Translations under genes and position numbers: made by a program
In this document: one piece after another, positions 5,688-11,693 of the stretch
Layout: every line of letters starts with the position of its first letter
Numbering within the stretch: the first letter of the stretch is position 1
Notes under the pieces: model-generated
Databases searched by the model: none
Told to the model about the DNA's origin: nothing
The model's input: only the letters and a program-made list of their open reading frames with translations
NCBI GenBank assembly: GCA_049509455.1
Contig: JBEKZX010000048.1
Coordinates: 1 to 11,693 of the forward strand
Length of the DNA: 11,693 nucleotides
Source of the DNA: Conexivisphaerales archaeon
GTDB taxonomy: Archaea > Thermoproteota > Nitrososphaeria > Conexivisphaerales > DTJL01
Direction: 5' to 3'

Positions 5688-6323
5688 TTAGCGCAAGGAA
5701 GGCCTGGTGCCACTGGCCACATAGACGACTGAGTCGCCGATGTAGCAGGCGTGGTCGGCCATCCTCTCAAGGTACCTGATGGCGAGGGTTACCGCCACCG
5801 TGCACCTGGGGTTCGTTATCTTGTTGACGGCTATCCTGTGAATATGCTTCCTGTAGGCGTCGTCGACTTCGTCATCCATCTGCAGCAGCCCCATGGCAGC
5901 GGTGGTGTCCTCGTTGAAGAACGCCTCTACACCGATGTGAACCATCTTCTTCACCTTCTCCCCCATCCGCGTCACTTCACCGCTATCGCAACCTGATAAG
6001 TCTCCGAAGGCGTCGATGATCTGTGCGACGTCATACGCGTACCTCCCCAGCCTGGAGAAACCATAGGAGATTTCGAAGCAAGATTCGATGTAACGCAAAT
6101 CTCCCGCGAGCGGCTGGTACCGTGCGATCAGCTCAACCGCCAAGTCGCTGGCCTGGCCGTGCAGTATGTTCAGTTCCTCCGACCAGCCGAAGATCTCCTC
6201 CGTCACGGGCTTGCTTTCGGTGTAGGCCTTGATCGCTGTTTCGACCGACTGCTCTGAAAGAGTCGCCATCTCCCTCAGCATATGCCTGAGCCTTTCCAGT
6301 CCTGGATCTATTAATCGTGTCAA
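5688..6323 (-). CDS. phoU: Phosphate transport regulatory protein PhoU
   Basis: 211 aa with two PhoU repeats (LIARYQPLAGDLR; MDDEVDDAY; RYLERMADHACYI). Last gene of the pst operon, TTG start. Confidence 0.92.
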   Translation of the reverse strand: MTRLIDPGLERLRHMLREMATLSEQSVETAIKAYTESKPVTEEIFGWSEELNILHGQASDLAVELIARYQPLAGDLRYIESCFEISYGFSRLGRYAYDVAQIIDAFGDLSGCDSGEVTRMGEKVKKMVHIGVEAFFNEDTTAAMGLLQMDDEVDDAYRKHIHRIAVNKITNPRCTVAVTLAIRYLERMADHACYIGDSVVYVASGTRPSLR

Positions 6324-6329
6324 CCTTGA

Positions 6330-7175
6330 TTACCCGAACTTGCCAGTGATGTACCTCTCAGTGAGCTGCTCCCTGGGGTTTTCAAAGAGTCTATCCGTGA
6401 CACCATATTCGATGAGCTCGCCCAGATATAAGAAGGCAGTGTAGTCGGAGACCCTTGCCGCCTGCTGGAGGTTGTGGGTCACTATCACGATGGTGTAATC
6501 CTTCTTCAGCTCAGCCATCGCCTCCTCGATCTTGGCGGTGGCCGTGGGATCCAACGCGGATGCCGGCTCGTCCATGAGAAGGACTTCGGGCTGAACCGCC
6601 AGCGCCCTGGCGATGCAGAGCCTCTGCTGCTGCCCCCCCGAAAGGGCGGCCCCGGACTTCTTGAGCTCGCCCTTGACCTCGTCCCAGAGGAAGGCCATCT
6701 TCAGGCTCCGCTCGACCACTTCGTCGAGCACCTTCCTGTCCCGCACACCGTTCAGCTTCAGGCCGGCCGCGGCGTTGTCATAGACGGACATCATGGGGAA
6801 CGGGTTGGGTTTCTGGAATATCATCCCTATCTTTCGCCTGACTGCCACCGAATCCACGTTAGGCGCGTAGATGTCCTCCCCATCGAGGAGGACTTCACCA
6901 GACACAGTGGCTCCCGGGGTAAGCTCATGTATCCTGTTCAAGCATCTGATGAACGTGGTCTTGCCGCATCCGGAAGGTCCCATGATGGCGGTTATGCTCT
7001 TCTCTTTGAAACTCAGGCTGATGCCCTTCAGCACCTCTGAGGTGCCGAATCCGGCCTTCAGGTTCCTCGTTTCGAGCTTGGCAGCTCCCCTATCAAGCTC
7101 AGGCGAGATGTCCACTTCGACCTTCTCTTCAACCTGTCTACCATACCCCCCTTTCTGCATTTCCATGATCGTCAC
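6330..7175 (-). CDS. pstB: Phosphate ABC transporter ATP-binding protein PstB
   Basis: Walker [19 protein letters not shown], signature [15 protein letters not shown], Walker B LLMDEP, VTHN, and terminal [10 protein letters not shown]. The start could be GTG 7175 or a nearby ATG. Confidence 0.97.
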   Translation of the reverse strand: MTIMEMQKGGYGRQVEEKVEVDISPELDRGAAKLETRNLKAGFGTSEVLKGISLSFKEKSITAIMGPSGCGKTTFIRCLNRIHELTPGATVSGEVLLDGEDIYAPNVDSVAVRRKIGMIFQKPNPFPMMSVYDNAAAGLKLNGVRDRKVLDEVVERSLKMAFLWDEVKGELKKSGAALSGGQQQRLCIARALAVQPEVLLMDEPASALDPTATAKIEEAMAELKKDYTIVIVTHNLQQAARVSDYTAFLYLGELIEYGVTDRLFENPREQLTERYITGKFG

Positions 7176-8051
7176 CTAGATCTCCGCCCGCACCGCTGCG
7201 AACTTCCTCCCGATAGTGAGCTTGGTCAGGAGATTGATAGCCAACATCAGCAGCACAAGGATTAGGGCCGCACCCCAGGCGTCAGCTTGCCAGTCGCGAA
7301 ACGGCGAAATGGCGTATGTGTAGATCAAGAGGGAGAGCGCGGCAGTGGGCTGCATGAGGCCACTGGCATAGTATGTGCTCCCCAGGGCGGTGAGGATCAG
7401 GGGGGCTGTCTCTCCAGCCGCGCGGGCGATGGCCAGCAGGATGCCTGTGGCAAGGCCGGCCCTGCCCGTGCTGATGACCACCCCGGTGACGGTCCTGGCC
7501 CTTGAAACGCCTAGCGCCATTGAGCCCTCCCTGAGCGTCCTGGGGACCAGCTTTAGAGATTCCTCCGTGGTCCGCGCGATTATGGGGGTCATGATGATGG
7601 CCAAGGCCAAGGCGCCAGCCAGGGCGGAGAACGTCTTGGTCGTGAGGACCACGACGATGTAGACGAATATCCCGATCACTATCGAGGGGAACTCGGCCAG
7701 CACGTCGTTCAGGAAGCTGGATAGGAAGGAGAGCCTGGACTCAGGCCACTCGGAGAAGAAGATGCCCGCGCCTACGCCCAGTGGGACCGAGATGAGCGTC
7801 GCTATCCCCACCATGGTGAAGGTCCCCAGAAGGGCGTTAGCTATCCCACCACCGGCGATTTCCGGGGGCGTGGGGAGGCTCGTCAGGAACTTCCAGGAGA
7901 TGACCGGTGCACCCCTCGCTACCACTTCGCCCAATATGAGGATAAGGGGGACCATGGCGAGGAGCACCGCCAAGAACACCAAAGCCGTGAAAATCAGATT
8001 AACAACCCTGCGCCTGCGTGCCACACCCGTCGGCAGCTTAAGCTTCTCCAA
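7176..8051 (-). CDS. pstA: Phosphate ABC transporter permease PstA
   Basis: GGGIANALLGT, LAEFPSIVIGIF, the EAA loop (RTTEESLKLVPRTLREGSMALG), ARAAGETAPL and AWGAALIL. Confidence 0.95.
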   Translation of the reverse strand: MEKLKLPTGVARRRRVVNLIFTALVFLAVLLAMVPLILILGEVVARGAPVISWKFLTSLPTPPEIAGGGIANALLGTFTMVGIATLISVPLGVGAGIFFSEWPESRLSFLSSFLNDVLAEFPSIVIGIFVYIVVVLTTKTFSALAGALALAIIMTPIIARTTEESLKLVPRTLREGSMALGVSRARTVTGVVISTGRAGLATGILLAIARAAGETAPLILTALGSTYYASGLMQPTAALSLLIYTYAISPFRDWQADAWGAALILVLLMLAINLLTKLTIGRKFAAVRAEI

Positions 8052-8062
8052 TCCAATTCCAC

Positions 8063-9022
8063 CTACACCCTGAAGCGCGAGAACCGCGTCATCCGCCAGA
8101 GGAGAAGCCTCGCGAAGACGTTTATCACGAGGGCTAGGACGAAGAGCATCAAGCCCAGCTCGACGAGGGATGAGACATAGAGCGGAGAGGTAGCTTCGGT
8201 GAACTCGTTGGCTATCACGCTGGCTAGGGTATAGCCCGGGGAGAACAGGGAGGAGGAGATCCTGGGGGCGTTCCCTATCACCATGGTCACGGCCATCGTT
8301 TCGCCCACGGCCCTCCCTAGGCCCAGGATCGTTGCCCCGAACAGGCCCGATCTGGCGTAGGGTAGGACGCCGTGGCGGATGACCTCCCAGTCAGTGCCAC
8401 CGAGAGAGTAGAGGGCCTCCCGTTGGCTGTTGGGAACGGCATTCAGCACGTTCCTTGAGATGGCGGAGACTGTCGGGATTATCATGGTCGCCAGGATGAC
8501 GCCCGCGGTGAGGAAATCGAGGCCGAAGGGAGTCCCCGTGAACAGGGGAACGAAACCGAGGTAATGGCTGAGGGGCTTCTCCACGTAGTCGCGGATTAGC
8601 GGGCTGAGGACGAACAGACCCCAGAGCCCGAAGATTACGCTGGGAACGGCCGCAAGTAGCTCGACGATTGTCCCGAGGACGTATGCCAGCCCTCTTTTTC
8701 CCCTCAGCTTCTCGACAAGGCAGATGGCCACCCCGAGGCTGATGGGGAGCCCGATCAGGAGGGCGATGGCCGAAGTCAAAAGAGTCCCATAGACGAAGGG
8801 GAGGGCTCCGAAGACAGAATGGACGGGATCCCAAGTGGTGGTCACTATGAATTGGAAGCCGAACGCCTTCAGGGAAAGGCGAGAGCCAGAGATCAGTTCG
8901 TATGCCAGGAGGATCAGAAGAAATAGAACGAAGGCCGAAGCTGCCGCCACGGCCCCCTTCAGTATGACGTCACCGGTGAGCGACGCACGCCGTACCCTGG
9001 GCTGTCCACCCAACAAGCCCAC
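8063..9022 (-). CDS. pstC: Phosphate ABC transporter permease PstC
   Basis: TWDPV...FGALPFVYGTL, ELLAAVPSVIFGLWG, VPNSQREALYSLGGT, GRAVGETMAVTMVIGN and TLASVIANEF. Start is GTG 9022 or TTG 9016. Confidence 0.95.
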   Translation of the reverse strand: MGLLGGQPRVRRASLTGDVILKGAVAAASAFVLFLLILLAYELISGSRLSLKAFGFQFIVTTTWDPVHSVFGALPFVYGTLLTSAIALLIGLPISLGVAICLVEKLRGKRGLAYVLGTIVELLAAVPSVIFGLWGLFVLSPLIRDYVEKPLSHYLGFVPLFTGTPFGLDFLTAGVILATMIIPTVSAISRNVLNAVPNSQREALYSLGGTDWEVIRHGVLPYARSGLFGATILGLGRAVGETMAVTMVIGNAPRISSSLFSPGYTLASVIANEFTEATSPLYVSSLVELGLMLFVLALVINVFARLLLWRMTRFSRFRV

Positions 9023-9047
9023 TCTCCAGCGGATGGAGGAAAGGCGT

Positions 9048-10196
9048 CTATCCTCCCTGATGGAGCTGCTGCCCGTTGTAGGTTATCGACTTTATCGTGG
9101 CTTCGTCAAGGGCAACTATGTTGGACGGAAGCGCTGCATAGCCGTATTTCGCTCCAGCAGTCTGCCCGGTGGTAACCACCCACCAGAGGAAGTTCACAAG
9201 AGCCGTGCCCTTGGCGTGGTCCGTCTGCTGCTGATAGGCCAAGAGGTATGTGAGCGTTGTTATGGGGTAGGCTGTTGTAGCTGTCTGGTTGTTGACGATG
9301 GCATCGATGATTGAAACGTTGGTCCACTGTTGATTTCCCGCCGGCAGTGCAGCTGACCCTCCTGCCGTCAAGGCGTTGGCGATGTTCGTCAGGTTCGCGA
9401 GGACATATGTGCCGGCAGCGTTCTGCACGGCCCCGTATGAGATGAGCCCTGAGTTGATGATTTCATAGGCTATCTCCAGGGGGCCGATCGAATATTGGTT
9501 GCCCTCTATATCGCCCGCCACTCCTTCGTTGCCCTTCCCTCCCAGGCCGACGGGCCAGTTCACTGAACTGCCCTTACCCACCTGACTCTTCCACTGAGGG
9601 CTCACTTGTGAGAGATAGTCGGTGAAGGCGAACATCGTGCCGCTGCCGTCAGACCTGTGCACAACTACGATGGCGTGGTTGGGGAGCGTCACGTTCGGGT
9701 TAATGGCTTGAAGTGTCGGGTCGTTCCACTGGGTGATGTTGCCGAGGAATATCTGGGCCAGTATGGGCCCTGTGAAGTTGAGACCGTTCCCTATCCCGGG
9801 TACGTTATACGCGGGCACTACCGCGCTGGCCGACTCAGGTATGGTCACCAACGTAGCCGGGAGAGCCGCGTACTGTGCAACCGTCAATGGGGCGTCGGAC
9901 CCGCCGAAGTCCACGGTGCCGGCCGTGACCTGCGCGATCCCTGCGCCGCTACCCACGCTGGCGTAGTTGATGTTGATGCCAGGATTGGCCTGTCCGTAGG
10001 CGTACGTCCAGAGCTGCATTACGGGATTGATGAGGGTGCTACCCGCCCCATTGAGATTTGCCGGCACGACCGTGGTCGTCGTCCTCTCACTGCCGCCGTA
10101 AATCTCATAGACACCGATTCCCGCTATCGCAAGCAATATGACGATGCCAACAACAGCGATGCGGCTGATGGCGTTCCTCTTTCTGAACTTGTTCAA
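9048..10196 (-). CDS. pstS: Phosphate ABC transporter substrate-binding protein PstS, N-terminally membrane-anchored
   Basis: GAGST, YASVGSGAG, VDFGGSDAPL, HRSDGSGT, GKGNEGVA and AYPI motifs. A basic N-terminus is followed by a hydrophobic helix. TTG start. Confidence 0.95.
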   Translation of the reverse strand: MNKFRKRNAISRIAVVGIVILLAIAGIGVYEIYGGSERTTTTVVPANLNGAGSTLINPVMQLWTYAYGQANPGININYASVGSGAGIAQVTAGTVDFGGSDAPLTVAQYAALPATLVTIPESASAVVPAYNVPGIGNGLNFTGPILAQIFLGNITQWNDPTLQAINPNVTLPNHAIVVVHRSDGSGTMFAFTDYLSQVSPQWKSQVGKGSSVNWPVGLGGKGNEGVAGDIEGNQYSIGPLEIAYEIINSGLISYGAVQNAAGTYVLANLTNIANALTAGGSAALPAGNQQWTNVSIIDAIVNNQTATTAYPITTLTYLLAYQQQTDHAKGTALVNFLWWVVTTGQTAGAKYGYAALPSNIVALDEATIKSITYNGQQLHQGG

Positions 10197-10229
10197 GTCC
10201 TACTCTGACGCCTACAGCCTTCCAGGCAC

Positions 10230-10235
10230 TATATA
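10230..10235 (-). promoter_or_regulatory. Putative TATA box of the pstSCAB-phoU operon (TATATA within palindromic CTATATAG, 10229-10236)
   Basis: Lies 34-39 bp upstream of the pstS start on the minus strand. Confidence 0.55.
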
Positions 10236-10295
10236 GACAAGGCGCATATTGACTATATTGCAAATGCGATGAATATAGATGTCTTGTCATGATGC

Positions 10296-10303
10296 TTTAA
10301 TAT
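10296..10303 (+). promoter_or_regulatory. Putative TATA box (TTTAATAT) of the AbrB-PhoU regulator gene
   Basis: Lies 22-29 bp upstream of ATG 10325. It is the same octamer as before birA. Confidence 0.55.
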
Positions 10304-10324
10304 GCGCATCGAGTACTCACACTC

Positions 10325-11350
10325 ATGGATTCTGAGGAAGAGATACGCAAGGTGCAGTTCACAGGTCGCGCGTCTTACATCGTTAACCTGCCCAAGAGGT
10401 GGATCATCAAGCAGAACGTCCATCAGGGCGACTCCTTGGTTGTCATCCCTCAGGTTGACGGCTCACTTCGCATTGCCCCGAAGTCCATGGCCAGGGGGGA
10501 TGGATCATTAGAAGCCGTCATGAAGGTGCCGGCAGACCTAGACAACGACGCTCTGACTAGGAGGCTCGTCTCCCTCTACCTCAGCGGCTACAACACCGTC
10601 AGGCTGGTGGCCAGCGGTGGCGTGACGATGGTGCAGAGGGAAGCCGTCAAAGACCTCATCAGGACGCGTTTCGTCGGCACCGAGATAGTCTCCGAGTCCT
10701 CCGACAGCATGACGCTCCAGGTCCTGATGAGCCTGCCCGAGCTTCCAGTCGAGGACGCCCTCAGGAGGATGTCCATCATAACCGGGTTCATGCTCAAGGA
10801 TGCGTTCAGGGCTGTTGAGACGCTAGACAAGAGCCTCGCCAATTCTGTGATGAGGGCGGACGATGAGGTGGATAGGTTCAGCCTCTACGTCATACGGCAG
10901 CTCGTGAACGCCGTCATGAACCAGGTGGTCATGAAGGAGATTGGACTCTCCAGCCCGGCGGAATGCCTCGGCTACAGGGTCGTGGTGAAGACAGTAGAAA
11001 GGATGGCTGACCACGCGGCCAGGATAGCCAGCACCGTGATTTCGATGGATAGGAAGCTGGATAGCTCGACCCTCGCCGACCTCGCCGAATTCAAGGCGCT
11101 GGACGCCCAGGCGCTGGACGCCAGCTTGGCGGCTCTGTTCAAGCGCGACTATTCCATGGCCGAGGGGGTGTTCGCCGTCGTCAGCAGGTGCAGGAAGCTG
11201 GATGCCAAGGTCCTGGCCCGCATCTCGGAGAAGAAGAGCGGCGACGAAACGACGTCCAGACTGGTCGCCGAAGACTTGAGGAGATGGGCAGAATATGCCG
11301 CCGACATAGCAGAGGTCGTCCTCAACCTTACAGTCACTTCCTCTCCCTAG
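10325..11350 (+). CDS. Archaeal phosphate uptake regulator: N-terminal AbrB/SpoVT-type DNA-binding domain plus PhoU domains
   Basis: N-terminal IRKVQFTGRASYIVNLPKRW...GD, followed by PhoU repeats (ADDEVDRF, ERMADHAARIA, DLRRWAEYAADIAE). It lies divergent from pstS. Confidence 0.92.
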   Translation: MDSEEEIRKVQFTGRASYIVNLPKRWIIKQNVHQGDSLVVIPQVDGSLRIAPKSMARGDGSLEAVMKVPADLDNDALTRRLVSLYLSGYNTVRLVASGGVTMVQREAVKDLIRTRFVGTEIVSESSDSMTLQVLMSLPELPVEDALRRMSIITGFMLKDAFRAVETLDKSLANSVMRADDEVDRFSLYVIRQLVNAVMNQVVMKEIGLSSPAECLGYRVVVKTVERMADHAARIASTVISMDRKLDSSTLADLAEFKALDAQALDASLAALFKRDYSMAEGVFAVVSRCRKLDAKVLARISEKKSGDETTSRLVAEDLRRWAEYAADIAEVVLNLTVTSSP

Positions 11351-11382
11351 CCTCTCCTGCCAAGGGTTCGTCGGGCCGAGAG

Positions 11383-11693
11383 CTAAAGCGGGATGTTGCC
11401 GTGGACACCCCGAGGCTTGACGTTCTTTCTACTCTTGTTGGTGGCAAGCCGGCGGAGAGCAGACGCCAGGAGCCCTCTGGTGGCCGCAGGCTCTGTGACG
11501 ATGTCGACATAGCCCTTGGCTGCCGAGATGTAGGGGTTCATGTACTCGACGCGGTACTCAAGGACCATCTTCCGGAAGGCTTCCTCCTTCTTCTCGGGGG
11601 GCATGGCCTCCAGCTCCTTCTTCCTGACGATTTCTATCCCTCCTTCGGGTCCCATCACTGCGATCTCGGCGGTCGGGTACGCCAGCACGAGGT
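11383..11693 (-). CDS. Acyl-CoA carboxylase/decarboxylase carboxyltransferase subunit (PccB/MmdA-like), C-terminal part; the 5' end is outside the window
   Basis: The frame stays open to the window edge (...LVLAYPTAEIAVMGPEGG). It contains NPYISAAKGYVDIV.EP..TR and the terminal HGNIPL typical of PccB/MmdA. Stop TAG at 11383-11385. Confidence 0.9.
   Translation of the reverse strand, partial: LVLAYPTAEIAVMGPEGGIEIVRKKELEAMPPEKKEEAFRKMVLEYRVEYMNPYISAAKGYVDIVTEPAATRGLLASALRRLATNKSRKNVKPRGVHGNIPL

Noticed and set aside
5655-11382. pst cassette as a mobile element (both flanks begin CTAGC and contain GGCCCGAG/GGGCCGAG)
   Set aside because: The similarity is short, partly due to TAG stop codons, and is not arranged as a target-site duplication or terminal repeats. 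No integrase, transposase or tRNA is present.
11352-11382. CTCTC...GAGAG hairpin between the converging regulator and carboxyltransferase genes
   Set aside because: A 5-bp stem with a roughly 21-nt loop and no U-tract is too weak to call a terminator.
1-11693. tRNA, rRNA, CRISPR arrays, riboswitches
   Set aside because: All intergenic gaps are 130 bp or less, and none shows a cloverleaf, a repeat-spacer pattern or a known riboswitch consensus by eye.

Overview
An 11.7 kb, GC-rich, gene-dense window that looks archaeal. The signs are an archaeal-type YchF GTPase, an AbrB-PhoU regulator, a SAMP/MoaD-like protein, and TATA boxes about 30 bp upstream of apparently leaderless ATG starts. A non-ammonia-oxidising Nitrososphaerota/Thermoproteota-type host is my inference only. 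Left to right: the 3' part of ychF; a divergent bioY/birA pair with a BirA-operator-like inverted repeat in the 37-bp spacer; a ubiquitin-like MoaD/ThiS protein; a GNAT-fold protein; and a small orphan membrane protein. Next comes a three-gene operon for a biotin-dependent ion-translocating decarboxylase: a 71-aa biotin carrier, a 43-aa OadG-like membrane anchor missed by the ORF track, and a MadB-like carboxybiotin decarboxylase. Then follow a complete pstSCAB-phoU operon on the minus strand, its divergent AbrB-PhoU regulator, and the 3' end of an acyl-CoA carboxyltransferase. The most interesting element is the minimal MadB-type decarboxylase module. Its probable carboxyltransferase lies 5.7 kb away across the pst cassette, and the host's PstS composition hints at an acidic habitat. 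No RNA genes, CRISPR arrays or mobile elements were seen.
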